A stretch of DNA of 27,607 nt from an uncultured archaeon (lineage in GTDB: Archaea > Iainarchaeota > Iainarchaeia > Iainarchaeales > CSSED10-239). Shown piece by piece: positions 1 through 9,042 of the stretch (positions are counted from its first letter, which is position 1; every line of letters begins with the position of its first letter). The notes below the pieces were generated by a model that saw nothing but the letters and a program-made list of their open reading frames with translations, did not search any database and was not told the origin of the DNA. The stretch is taken from NCBI GenBank assembly GCA_964496765.1, contig CAZCAP010000009.1, forward strand, positions 2,741 through 30,347. Direction: 5' to 3'. The translations under genes were made by a program, and so were the position numbers.

Positions 1-684
1 ATCATCTTTTAATTTTTTTAATATTTCTTGTTCTTGCTTCTTTTTTATTATTGAAGCAACATCAAATTTTGCAAAATCAATGGCCCCAATTAAATTTCTC
101 TGCAATGCTTTTGTGGCATAGGAATCCAGATAGGAATAATCAAAAGCTTTTGGCTCAATTAAATACTTCTTAAATAATTCAAAATCTGGTGTTATCACAT
201 GCAATTCTTTTATTTCATCAATAAATGGTTTGTGATTGTTTGATAAAGTTTCTTTTACAAGTATAACGTTTGCTTTTGTATATCTTCTAATATAGAAGGC
301 ATCTGTCCAAACATCATGCCCAACAAATAAAGCATTATCCACATCTAGTTTATTTGTTTTTAGAAAATGAATTTTATGATAATCATCCTCTGCAGTTGGG
401 TTTTCTTCAAATTTCTTTTCTTTAAGTTCCCTATCCTGAGGAGATAAACTATTTAAGTATGAATCATCCACATAGGCAATATTGTTTTCATTAAAATAAT
501 CAAGTAAATTGTTTTCTTTGATAATTGGCTCAGCAATTTCTTTCTTAAGCCCAGTAACTAAATGCATATTGATATTGTTTTCTTTACAAAAAGTAGAAAG
601 ATTATTTAGATATGTATGTTGTATTTCCTTGTTTTTGTGGCCCTTAACTAAAACATCGTAAAATCCAAAAATAATGTGTTTCAT
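1..684 (-). CDS. Hypothetical protein, possibly HAD-like fold (partial; C-terminus runs off the window)
   Basis: Absent from the ORF track because there is no stop inside the window. Reading the reverse complement from the ATG at 684-682 gives 228 uninterrupted codons to position 1 (MKHIIFGFYDVLVKGHKNKEIQHTYLNNLSTFCKENNINMHLVTGLKK...NALFVGHDVWTDAFYIRRY...). The order hhhh-x-x-D, LVTG, K...FVGHDVWTD loosely follows HAD motifs I-IV, but the DxD nucleophile is not intact. Confidence 0.55.
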   Translation of the reverse strand, partial: MKHIIFGFYDVLVKGHKNKEIQHTYLNNLSTFCKENNINMHLVTGLKKEIAEPIIKENNLLDYFNENNIAYVDDSYLNSLSPQDRELKEKKFEENPTAEDDYHKIHFLKTNKLDVDNALFVGHDVWTDAFYIRRYTKANVILVKETLSNNHKPFIDEIKELHVITPDFELFKKYLIEPKAFDYSYLDSYATKALQRNLIGAIDFAKFDVASIIKKKQEQEILKKLKDD

Positions 685-808
685 TCCTATTTCCTCGTGA
701 TTTATCTAATTACCATCTATTTATATACTATTATATAACAATAATGAATATAAATATAATTGATACATATATATACAGCTAATAATATACTTAAAGGGTG
801 CTATTGAT

Positions 809-961
809 ATGGGAAAACAACTTGCAAGTGGGATTTTAATAGGAATAGGTATTGGACTTTACATTCCTGATTTACCAGGAGTATTATCCAAGGTAAATAT
901 GTATTTGGGATTAATAGTGATTGTTGTTGGAATAATACTATTAATTAATTCAAAGGATTAA
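809..961 (+). CDS. Small membrane protein (50 aa, two hydrophobic segments)
   Basis: ORF is below the track cutoff. ATG at 809 is preceded by GGGTG 8 nt upstream, with a TAA stop at 959-961. Translation is MGKQLASGILIGIGIGLYIPDLPGVLSKVNMYLGLIVIVVGIILLINSKD. It fills an otherwise empty gap. Confidence 0.4.
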   Translation: MGKQLASGILIGIGIGLYIPDLPGVLSKVNMYLGLIVIVVGIILLINSKD

Positions 962-967
962 AATTGA

Positions 968-1984
968 TTATTTTTTTTCCTTTAGTGCATTCTCAATATC
1001 CTTAAATATATCTTTTATTTCATCTACAGAATGCACTTCCGGTTTCTTTTTAGAAAATAGTACTTTGAATGCAGCTATAATTCCACCCTTTTTTTTAGGA
1101 ATAATAATTGGCTCATCAACTCTTGATAAGTCAATGTTCTTTTCGATGGGTGCTTGAGGTTTATTCTTTGATGATCTAATTGTTTCTCGTATATCAATAA
1201 CTACATCTGCTTTTTTGTTTATTGCACTTTGTTTATTTGTAAACATGGTTCCGGTTTCTATGCTTTTTTTGTTGGTTTCAATTATTTCTTTATCAATGTC
1301 AACATCTTTTGTCTTTGATGCAAACAAGGTATTTACAAAATCAGCAACCTTATTGGTTTTTGGTTCAATAACAGATCCAAATGCAATTCCTGAATCTTTT
1401 ATTCTTTTAATAACCGCAATTGCAATATCTCTCCCATAACCCTCATCCCTAATTGCAAGTTTAATTTCATCTTCTGAAAAATATTTTGCTCTTGGTAATA
1501 GGGTATTAAATAAGTAATCAATTTCTTTTTTTTTAGTCTTATCTTCTGCTGTTTGCTTTTTATTTTCAATAGTTATATCAGCAATCTCTTTTGAAGAAGC
1601 AGTAACTAAGCTATAGCTTTCAAGCTTTTGTTTATATTCTGGAAATTTAGATAAAATAATTATCAAATGCTCATATTCCTTTGCAGATTCAAACTGAAGA
1701 GAAACATATTCATCATAGGTTAGTTTTTTACGATTATATAAATCATCGATTACTTCTACGTTTTGTCTTACTTCCCTATATCTCTTAAACAATTTTTCTG
1801 GATTCTTTTTTGATAGAGGGAGTATAAAAACAAACAAAACATAAAATAAGAATACAATTAGGAGAAATAATAATAGATAGAATAAGCTATTTTGTGGAAT
1901 TGCATCAATAAAACTTTTTTTAAAAGAATCACCTATTAATGATTCCCCAGTATACACTGTCAATAATATTGGATACATATTCAC
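968..1984 (-). CDS. Membrane-anchored hypothetical protein (Lys/Glu-rich cytoplasmic or extracellular tail)
   Basis: 338-aa ORF with one strongly hydrophobic N-terminal segment (LFYLLLFLLIVFLFYVLFVFILPL). The track start at 1984 is GTG, and an ATG at 1978 is an equally plausible start. I recognise no family. The short stretch IDDLYNRKKLTYDEYVSLQ is only vaguely SHOCT-like. Confidence 0.6.
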   Translation of the reverse strand: MNMYPILLTVYTGESLIGDSFKKSFIDAIPQNSLFYLLLFLLIVFLFYVLFVFILPLSKKNPEKLFKRYREVRQNVEVIDDLYNRKKLTYDEYVSLQFESAKEYEHLIIILSKFPEYKQKLESYSLVTASSKEIADITIENKKQTAEDKTKKKEIDYLFNTLLPRAKYFSEDEIKLAIRDEGYGRDIAIAVIKRIKDSGIAFGSVIEPKTNKVADFVNTLFASKTKDVDIDKEIIETNKKSIETGTMFTNKQSAINKKADVVIDIRETIRSSKNKPQAPIEKNIDLSRVDEPIIIPKKKGGIIAAFKVLFSKKKPEVHSVDEIKDIFKDIENALKEKK

Positions 1985-2006
1985 ACATAATATTTACAAG
2001 TTTTAC

Positions 2007-2243
2007 TTAAATAGATATCCAAACTAAATTATCTCCTCTAAGAAGAGTTTCAACATATTTGGTTTTGGATTTACCATCTTTAAGTTCTTCTGCGTCTTCT
2101 AGAACTATATTCATATGAACATCGAATGCTCTTAGTTTACCTCTTATTTGAACATTGTCCTTAAGAAGTATTAATACTTGTTTGTTAATTGCATTATTTA
2201 GCATATCAAATGGTCTTGTTATTTTTGAGTTTGTATCTGTCAT
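2007..2243 (-). CDS. Sm-like (LSm) archaeal RNA-binding protein
   Basis: 78 aa. Sm1/Sm2 pattern is present: VLILLKDNVQIRGKLRAFDVHMNIVLEDAEEL ... LLRGDNLVWISI. GGTGATTTT lies immediately upstream of the ATG. Confidence 0.9.
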   Translation of the reverse strand: MTDTNSKITRPFDMLNNAINKQVLILLKDNVQIRGKLRAFDVHMNIVLEDAEELKDGKSKTKYVETLLRGDNLVWISI

Positions 2244-2315
2244 AAAATCACCTTTTTTAAAAAATAAATAAACTCCATAATTATTGTATTGCTTTCATTT
2301 AAATACTTTTCTTTT

Positions 2316-3107
2316 TTACTTTTTACGAGAAAATAATCTTTTTAGGAAACCAAATAGTCCTCCACTTGATTTCTTTGAAGATTCTCCTTCTTTTCCTGTT
2401 ATTTTTTTTGCTATTGCTCTGAATGAATTTGCTGATGGGCCTTTGGGAGCATGAATTAATAGTGGTTTGATTTTCTTAAGAAGAAATGATTCCCTAATAT
2501 CTTCTGCATATGGAATCTTGCCATAGCAGGGAAGTTCTAGCATTTTCATTATTTCCTTTTCAGAGATTTCTCCAGAAATGTTACTTACCTTATTAATTAC
2601 AATTCCAAGAACTTTTAGATTTAATCTCTCTGCAACAATCTTCACCTTGAAAACATCTGCAACCGATGGAGAGGTTGGTTCAGTAATTAATAAGATTTGT
2701 GTTGATGATGACATTGCAGCTATTACGTTTTTATCAATACCTGCGGGTGCGTCTATTAAAATATAATCATATTGATTATATAAACTTTTTACTACTGAAA
2801 CTAATCTTTCAACATCTACTCTTTGATAGGTTGAGATAGATAATCCAGAAGGAATAATTTTCAAATTACCTGGGCCATCATAGGTTGCATCTCCTACTGA
2901 TGAAGAACCTAACAGAACATCATGCAAGGTTATTGGCGGGTTATCAACACCAATAAGTAAACTTAAATTTGACATTGCAATGTCCGCATCTATCAAAAGC
3001 ACAGAATGACCCTGTTCAGCTAATGCAAGTCCTAGATTTGCAGTTAATGTGGTTTTACCTACTCCACCTTTTCCAGAAACGATTGTAATTATTTCACTCA
3101 TAATCAT
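2316..3107 (-). CDS. minD: MinD/ParA-family P-loop ATPase (archaeal MinD-like)
   Basis: Deviant Walker A motif IVSGKGGVGKTTLTANLGLALAEQGHSVLLIDADIAMSNL. Walker B-like motif YDYILIDAPAG. The basic, amphipathic C-terminal tail (GGLFGFLKRLFSRKK) is typical of membrane-targeting MinD tails. Confidence 0.9.
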   Translation of the reverse strand: MIMSEIITIVSGKGGVGKTTLTANLGLALAEQGHSVLLIDADIAMSNLSLLIGVDNPPITLHDVLLGSSSVGDATYDGPGNLKIIPSGLSISTYQRVDVERLVSVVKSLYNQYDYILIDAPAGIDKNVIAAMSSSTQILLITEPTSPSVADVFKVKIVAERLNLKVLGIVINKVSNISGEISEKEIMKMLELPCYGKIPYAEDIRESFLLKKIKPLLIHAPKGPSANSFRAIAKKITGKEGESSKKSSGGLFGFLKRLFSRKK

Positions 3108-3127
3108 TCACATTTTATTTTAATTAA

Positions 3128-3574
3128 TTAAATTATTTGAGACATTATCTTTAAATAATTTTCAAGATCATTTACAAGTGCTTGAACTTCAATTCTTGAT
3201 AAACTATCATTTGCTTTAATAAAATATACCTTATCATTTAATTTAAAAATTATTTGCCATCCTTTTGATTCAATTAATATTATTGAAAGATTATTGAATT
3301 CACTATTAATATAATTGTACATGGCTGCACTTTTAAAACCTTCTTTTAAATCCTTTTCAGTACTTCCAATTACAATTCCAGTCACATCAGTAACTACAAT
3401 ATGATTAACTAAATGCTTCTGCCTTAGTTTTAATAGAAAATCATCTAGATTTTTTGAATTCAAATTTATTTTTTTGTATTCCAATAGAGATGATAGGCCA
3501 GCAGTATCTGATGTATCTTCTAGGTTTAAAACCCTGTTGGATAACCTTGTTAATAATCTTGTTATAGTTTGCAT
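3128..3574 (-). CDS. Hypothetical protein, Roadblock/LC7 (MglB-like) fold suspected
   Basis: 148 aa. The pattern LLKLRQKHLVNHIVVTDVTGIVIGSTEKD...AAMYNYI...LSIILIESKGWQIIF matches the general Roadblock/LC7 profile (helix, then 'hhhhD-x-x-G-hhhhs', helix, two strands). This is pattern recognition only. The gene is the 20-nt-spaced upstream neighbour of minD. Confidence 0.4.
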   Translation of the reverse strand: MQTITRLLTRLSNRVLNLEDTSDTAGLSSLLEYKKINLNSKNLDDFLLKLRQKHLVNHIVVTDVTGIVIGSTEKDLKEGFKSAAMYNYINSEFNNLSIILIESKGWQIIFKLNDKVYFIKANDSLSRIEVQALVNDLENYLKIMSQII

Positions 3575-3598
3575 AATAAATCTTTTTTTAATTTTTAA

Positions 3599-4105
3599 TT
3601 ACTCTTTTAATAAGTCAGAAATGTGAAATCTATTAAACACATCTATTTTTGATTCCTGCACTTCTATTTTATTACTTAATAATTTATCTAATAACGTCTC
3701 ATTATATTTAATATTTAGTTTAGCTATTGAACCATTATCTATTTTATAATCAAATTTAACTTTATCATTAAAAATTAATATTAATTTTATTTGATCATCA
3801 GTTAAATTATAGATGTTTAATAATCCATCTTTATTTCCATAGGAATTTATTCCTAGATTAAATGCATCTAATCCAAATAACTCAACATCATAGGCATCAA
3901 TTAAAAATATTGAACCAACAACCTTTCCTTTTGTAAAAATAATTATACTTTCTTCAAAACCATACTTTCCATTAACAGCTAGATAGGTGTATCCTGAGAA
4001 CTTTTTTGTTCCTAAATCCAAAAATAATTTATCTGGAATTAATTGTTCCAGAAAAACATTTTTCACCAAAGGAGTGGTCACTGGTATATTCATAGTTTTA
4101 TTCAA
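3599..4105 (-). CDS. Hypothetical protein, PATAN/DUF4388-like N-terminal domain suspected
   Basis: 168 aa. The stretch LFLDLGTKKFSGYTYLAVNGKYGFEESIIIFTKGKVVGSIFLIDAYDVELFGLDAFNLGIN resembles the DUF4388/PATAN signature (tG-x-L-x-h ... i-x-f-x-x-G-k-hh-x-a ... G-x-dA). Same strand and operon-like spacing as the Roadblock-like and MinD genes. Confidence 0.35.
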   Translation of the reverse strand: MNKTMNIPVTTPLVKNVFLEQLIPDKLFLDLGTKKFSGYTYLAVNGKYGFEESIIIFTKGKVVGSIFLIDAYDVELFGLDAFNLGINSYGNKDGLLNIYNLTDDQIKLILIFNDKVKFDYKIDNGSIAKLNIKYNETLLDKLLSNKIEVQESKIDVFNRFHISDLLKE

Positions 4106-4114
4106 CTCTTATAT

Positions 4115-4588
4115 CTATCTTAATTTATCAATGAAGACAACCTGATCAACTGTATTCTTAAGAGCTGTTGCAGAACCTTCTTCAACTAAAAACACCATTG
4201 TTTTTTTACCATGGGTTTTTGCTTTTAAAATTGCAGGCAAGTAATCTGAATCACGTGTTACAAAAACAATTGTATCAATTTCTTTGTTGTGGACTATATC
4301 TGTTGCATCAACTGCCATTGCAACATCCACATCACCAACAGTAATTACTGTTTCAAAGCCAATGTTAACAACTGCTTCCACAAGTTTATCAGTAGCGTAT
4401 TGATCAAGAAAAACTTTTGCAACCTTAATGGCACCCTGTGATTTTAAATAATTCTTAATCTTTGAAAGATCAATATTAAATTCTTTTCTTAGAATATTTG
4501 GACCATCAACAAATATTGCAATATTGTTTCTTCTTGCGATTTTTGGAGCACTATCTTTATTGATAAATAAACGTAATAATTTATTCAT
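4115..4588 (-). CDS. NYN-domain (LabA/DUF88-like) putative ribonuclease
   Basis: 157 aa. IAIFVDGPNILRKEF...VGDVDVAMAVDATDIV...IDTIVFVTRDSDYLPAILKAK reproduces the NYN acidic residue layout (D near the N-terminus, DVD, SDSD/RDSD). Confidence 0.7.
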   Translation of the reverse strand: MNKLLRLFINKDSAPKIARRNNIAIFVDGPNILRKEFNIDLSKIKNYLKSQGAIKVAKVFLDQYATDKLVEAVVNIGFETVITVGDVDVAMAVDATDIVHNKEIDTIVFVTRDSDYLPAILKAKTHGKKTMVFLVEEGSATALKNTVDQVVFIDKLR

Positions 4589-4767
4589 AATTTATTCCTT
4601 CTTTTCAATTATATACAGCCTAATGAACTGCTATAAACTTTTTAACTTATCCCTCAAAAATATATTTGAAAGGAGTGAGTTTGATTTCTACAATCGAAAT
4701 CATAAGTAAAATATATATTATATTTAATTAAAATGATTTATAAAGGTATCTTAATTTATATAATATT

Positions 4768-5847
4768 ATGGGTACCAAACAAGTATTTTCTAGACCTTTT
4801 AATCTAGTTTATGAAAAAGATTATCCAAACCTATTACTTGGGCCTGGGATATATGCAGATTATCTTAATGCTAAATATTCATCTCCTAAGGATTGGGTAA
4901 AGTCAGATATTAAAAAAATTGATGAAAATAGGAATAAACAAATTTTTTCTTTTGAAAAATACACTAAAGAGGATGCACTTCTTCCAACCAGAGAATTATC
5001 TGAGCTTCAGTTAATTACCCAAAGTACAAAAACAACTGAACTTGAAATCACCTTGGGAACTGGAGAACGAAAAGTCATAGACAACGTTTCAGGAATAAAC
5101 AATCCATTCTTTGATATTGAAAATCTTAGGATTGTTGAAAATATACAAGTTCCAAAAGCCATTGATAGGGTTGTTTCAGACAATTCCCTCCCAGCAACAA
5201 CAGGAATGATATCACTTTACAAAAAATTAGATGATGTTTATAAAATAGAACAATTATTATCTGTGGGGCTGCTTGGAAATAAAAACAAAAGATCACTTGT
5301 TCCAACTAGATGGGCAATAACAGCTGTTGATGACACTCTTTCAAAGGACATTATTGAAGATATAAAACATAATCAAACAATTGATAAATATGAATTGTAT
5401 ACCTTTGAATTTTATAAAAATAAATTCTATATAATTATTATGCCTCTTCCATGGTCATTTGAAATGATTGAATCAAAAGGATCTGGTGAATTTTCAATAG
5501 ACTTTGAACACTATGAAGGTAGACGTGATTATGCGTCATCTGTTACAGGAGCCTACTACGCAGCAAGGTTAGAGATAACTAAACAGCTAAGTGAAAGAAA
5601 AAGATGTGGGAGAATACTTATATTAAGAGATATTGATGTTAGCTATCAATCTAAGGGGGTATGGGTAATAAGAGAAGCAGTAGCAGAAGCAATGCAAAAA
5701 AAACCATTTGTTTTTGAGACCATAGACTTACTCCTAAAGTACGTTGATGAAGAATTAAAGATTAAAGGAACCATTAAATATTGGACTGATAAGTCAACAA
5801 TCCTGAAGGAAAATAAAATGCAAAGAAGGTTGTTTGAGTTCATTTAA
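4768..5847 (+). CDS. Nre-family (archaeal DNA-repair associated, Nre_N/Nre_C) protein, lacking the usual N-terminal Cys-rich segment
   Basis: 359 aa. The motifs DYPNLLLGP, SPKDW and especially SLVPTRWAITAVDD match my recollection of archaeal Nre proteins. This assignment is memory-based and needs an HMM check. Confidence 0.45.
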   Translation: MGTKQVFSRPFNLVYEKDYPNLLLGPGIYADYLNAKYSSPKDWVKSDIKKIDENRNKQIFSFEKYTKEDALLPTRELSELQLITQSTKTTELEITLGTGERKVIDNVSGINNPFFDIENLRIVENIQVPKAIDRVVSDNSLPATTGMISLYKKLDDVYKIEQLLSVGLLGNKNKRSLVPTRWAITAVDDTLSKDIIEDIKHNQTIDKYELYTFEFYKNKFYIIIMPLPWSFEMIESKGSGEFSIDFEHYEGRRDYASSVTGAYYAARLEITKQLSERKRCGRILILRDIDVSYQSKGVWVIREAVAEAMQKKPFVFETIDLLLKYVDEELKIKGTIKYWTDKSTILKENKMQRRLFEFI

Positions 5848-5850
5848 TTT

Positions 5851-6888
5851 TTAAATGAATAAACTGAAATATAATCTGAAATAAAATAAAATTGTAGCAA
5901 TGGATATAATTATTTGAATTATATAAAAGGTCCAAACTAATTTTTTTTCTGTAAATCTACCGGTTCTTAGGATAAGGTGGGTTAATGATCCACCTTTTGG
6001 ACTTGCTTTAATGGTTCTATTTTTTTGAGGAATTCCAAAGCATTCTGATTTGAAATTGTGAGAAATCTTAATGAAAAACTCAATTACGTATAATAAAACT
6101 AGGAAACCAATCAAAAATTCCATATGCAAAACAATTGCAGATATTCCTGCAAGGGATCCCGATACCAATGTAATAATATCCCCAGGAAATATTTTTGAAG
6201 GATATCTGTTGAACTTCAGGAATCCAATGAGTGCACCCAACCAACAAGCAAGTATTATTAATAAAGTTATTTCTCCTTGAATGAATGCAATTATTGAAAT
6301 GGTTGAAAAAATAATTATTGATAATCCAGCTTCCAGTCCATTAAACCCAGCTAGAAGATTAAATGCATTAGTTGCAGAAGTCATGACTAGGGGAACAAAT
6401 ATCCAGGCATAAAGTAAACCAAAACTAATGGTCCCAACAAATGGGATATAAAGGTTATTAATTCCATGGAAGATTGCAAATAGAATCATTGGAACAGAAA
6501 ATAATATGGGAAGTATAAAATGTTGCCATTGGGATATTCCTTTCTTCCATCCAAGAACATCATCTATGAATCCCACAAAAAGAATTAATAGCATTGTTAT
6601 GATTATTAATAGCATTGATTTAATATCAATAAAAACATAGGGATTAAATGAAATTAAATAATAGATTGCAATTGCCAATAGAATTGATAGCGTAAATCCA
6701 AAGAAAACAGGAACACCTCCAAGTTCAGCCACATTATTTTTTTTGAACTTGTTCATGTCCTTTCCAATCCAACCTCTAGCTCTAGCTAATCCTATAAACT
6801 TAGGAGTAACTACTAAAAGAATAAACCAGGATAGGAATAAAGAAAAAATAAAGATGAGAATTGAAAATAGTGTTTTGTAGTCTATCAT
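5851..6888 (-). CDS. Glycosyltransferase family 4 polyprenyl/dolichyl-phosphate HexNAc-1-phosphate transferase (MraY/WecA/AglH-like)
   Basis: 345 aa polytopic membrane protein with GFIDDVLGWKKG, SATNAFNLLAGFNGLEAG and a PGD motif (FPGDIITL), as in GT4 phosphotransferases. Lies 4 nt from aglB. Confidence 0.85.
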   Translation of the reverse strand: MIDYKTLFSILIFIFSLFLSWFILLVVTPKFIGLARARGWIGKDMNKFKKNNVAELGGVPVFFGFTLSILLAIAIYYLISFNPYVFIDIKSMLLIIITMLLILFVGFIDDVLGWKKGISQWQHFILPILFSVPMILFAIFHGINNLYIPFVGTISFGLLYAWIFVPLVMTSATNAFNLLAGFNGLEAGLSIIIFSTISIIAFIQGEITLLIILACWLGALIGFLKFNRYPSKIFPGDIITLVSGSLAGISAIVLHMEFLIGFLVLLYVIEFFIKISHNFKSECFGIPQKNRTIKASPKGGSLTHLILRTGRFTEKKLVWTFYIIQIIISIATILFYFRLYFSLFI

Positions 6889-6892
6889 CTAA

Positions 6893-8833
6893 TCACTTTA
6901 ATTTATCTTTATTAACTTTGAATACATTTACGGATCCAGTTGTATAAACTGTAGTAAACAAACCATCTAGGCTTGGATCAGAAAACCACATTCTTGTGAA
7001 CATGGCGTCATTTGCACTTTCATTTAATATATATAATGCAATGTTGTTTGGATCTCTATAAATATACACAGGAGTGTTCTGCATAAGCTCATTTGGTTTA
7101 TCTTGCCAGATTGCTGGAAGCTTATTAAACTCAGCCTCTGGAATCTGATTTTGCCCACAAGAATAATTTATAACCCCAGTAACTTCTGTTTTTGTACTTG
7201 AACAAGGTAGAACTGTTCCAAAATATTTTGTAACTCTTGGATCACTTGTATTTGTAGTTACATAGGCATACATCCCAAAAGAACCAAACCTTCTGAAATA
7301 ATCTGATTCTACAGGTATATAATCAGCTTGATATTTAATTAATATTTCTTTTGCTTTGTTAACATCATCAGTTATCATGAACATTGCAACATCTGAATCT
7401 CCTTCAATAAAAGAGTTGGTGTTATCAGTTGCAACCTTCCTTTCTGAAAAATATGCAATCCAGTGCCCATAGTCCCACCAATTAAATATATTTGCATTCA
7501 CATCTGTATTATCGTAAAGCCAGAAAACAGTATCCTTCCAATCTGTTTGCTCATCAATTGGAGGAACATTTGTTGAAACAAAGAAAGAACCAGCTGCAAT
7601 TGAAATTAAAAGTATAACTCCAAGCACTATAACAATAGTTCTCTTGGTTATTAATTTGTCTTTATCCTGTATCCATTCAGATATTATATAGAACAACACA
7701 CCACACCCTGCAGCAATTGGTAATCCAAGGGTATAGGTGAACTTTAATTTAAACCAGGCCATGAATAGAGTTATTGCTATCCAGAAAAATAATAATAAAC
7801 TAATGTAATCTTTTTTCTTAGTTGTAAATAGATAAATAATTATTCCCAATAGGGCTGCAAATGGAACCCAGAGCAGGAAACTATATTTTTGCAGGAAGAA
7901 CTGATGTCCTGTGTTTTCTTCTCCGACAGTAGCTCCAACAACATCTGTTGGAGAGACATTTGTTTTATCAAATCTATCTATGTTATCTTGATTAATTGGT
8001 ATGTATTGAGTTACATAATAGGTTGTATCCTTTATCCAAGCTGAACCAGTTAATAATGTTGCTCCTGCTGTGAACAATACCATTACCACAACAAATATTT
8101 TCACAAAGGATCCAATTTCATTATTTGTTGCATTCTTGTATGCCATATAAATTACATTAACAATAAAATACGCAATCATGACAAGTGGAATTAAAATAAA
8201 CATTCCCCAGGTTATTGACATAAGTATAAAGAATGCAGAGGAAATAACTGCATAAGTAAGATATTTCTTAGTTGCATGCACGTGCTTCATTGCTTTAATA
8301 AAGAAAATAAATCCAAGTACTAGCCATAGGAAACCTAATGAATCATCTTCAAAGAAACCAGCCATGGTTCTATAAACGAAGGCAGGGATTGTTGCAGCAA
8401 CAACTGCCATAATGAAACCGGTTTTACGATTGTACATCTCCTTTCCTAGAAAATACATTGCAACAGCAATTAGTGCACCAAACAATGCAGGAAGAACCCT
8501 AGCATAATCCATGAGCAACCATTTACTGTATCCTGCACCCAGGGTCGTAATTGTATAAATAAAAGCTGTTACTGACCAGAGAAATTGAGGCCTAGCTCCA
8601 TAGGGTGATCCTCCCTGTTGATAGAATCCAAGTGGATCATTGGCAGGAAGATCTCCTTGCACCATGTACCCAACTGCACGAAGATGCCAATAGGGATCAT
8701 ATTCGTACATGTAATCATATTTTAATAGATGACCTCTAATTGAAAAGGCCATTATAAAAATAAGAACAAGTAATATAATTAATTTGTATTTGCTTATGCT
8801 AGTTTCTTTGTTTTCTGCTTCGTGTTCTGACAT
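6893..8833 (-). CDS. aglB: Archaeal oligosaccharyltransferase AglB (STT3 family)
   Basis: 646 aa with a multi-TM N-terminal half and a soluble C-terminal half that carries the catalytic WWDYG motif (NIFNWWDYGHWIAYF). Confidence 0.9.
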   Translation of the reverse strand: MSEHEAENKETSISKYKLIILLVLIFIMAFSIRGHLLKYDYMYEYDPYWHLRAVGYMVQGDLPANDPLGFYQQGGSPYGARPQFLWSVTAFIYTITTLGAGYSKWLLMDYARVLPALFGALIAVAMYFLGKEMYNRKTGFIMAVVAATIPAFVYRTMAGFFEDDSLGFLWLVLGFIFFIKAMKHVHATKKYLTYAVISSAFFILMSITWGMFILIPLVMIAYFIVNVIYMAYKNATNNEIGSFVKIFVVVMVLFTAGATLLTGSAWIKDTTYYVTQYIPINQDNIDRFDKTNVSPTDVVGATVGEENTGHQFFLQKYSFLLWVPFAALLGIIIYLFTTKKKDYISLLLFFWIAITLFMAWFKLKFTYTLGLPIAAGCGVLFYIISEWIQDKDKLITKRTIVIVLGVILLISIAAGSFFVSTNVPPIDEQTDWKDTVFWLYDNTDVNANIFNWWDYGHWIAYFSERKVATDNTNSFIEGDSDVAMFMITDDVNKAKEILIKYQADYIPVESDYFRRFGSFGMYAYVTTNTSDPRVTKYFGTVLPCSSTKTEVTGVINYSCGQNQIPEAEFNKLPAIWQDKPNELMQNTPVYIYRDPNNIALYILNESANDAMFTRMWFSDPSLDGLFTTVYTTGSVNVFKVNKDKLK

Positions 8834-9042
8834 ATAACCACTACTTTATGTAACAAAAATGTAATAATGTATATATAGCTATATATCATAACGTATTTAA
8901 ATGATTAAGGTGATTAAAAAATTCGAAATAAAAGTTCTTACAAAAGCAATTTTGGCGAAAGTAGTATTTTTTGAAAACCGTTGTAAAGACAGAAAGTTAG
9001 CAATAAGAAATATTTAAATAATAATAGATACCATATTAAATT

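Noticed and set aside
4589-4767. C/D-box sRNA or other small ncRNA in longer intergenic regions (also 8834-9042, 16058-16187, 19013-19172)
   Set aside because: I found no RUGAUGA...CUGA box pairs with appropriate spacing. These regions look like AT-rich divergent promoters.
8901-9017. 38-aa ORF (MIKVIKKFEIKVLTKAILAKVVFFENRCKDRKLAIRNI) in the aglB/GNAT intergenic region
   Set aside because: It has no convincing RBS and sits in a divergent promoter region. There is no partner or family signal, so it is most likely a chance ORF.
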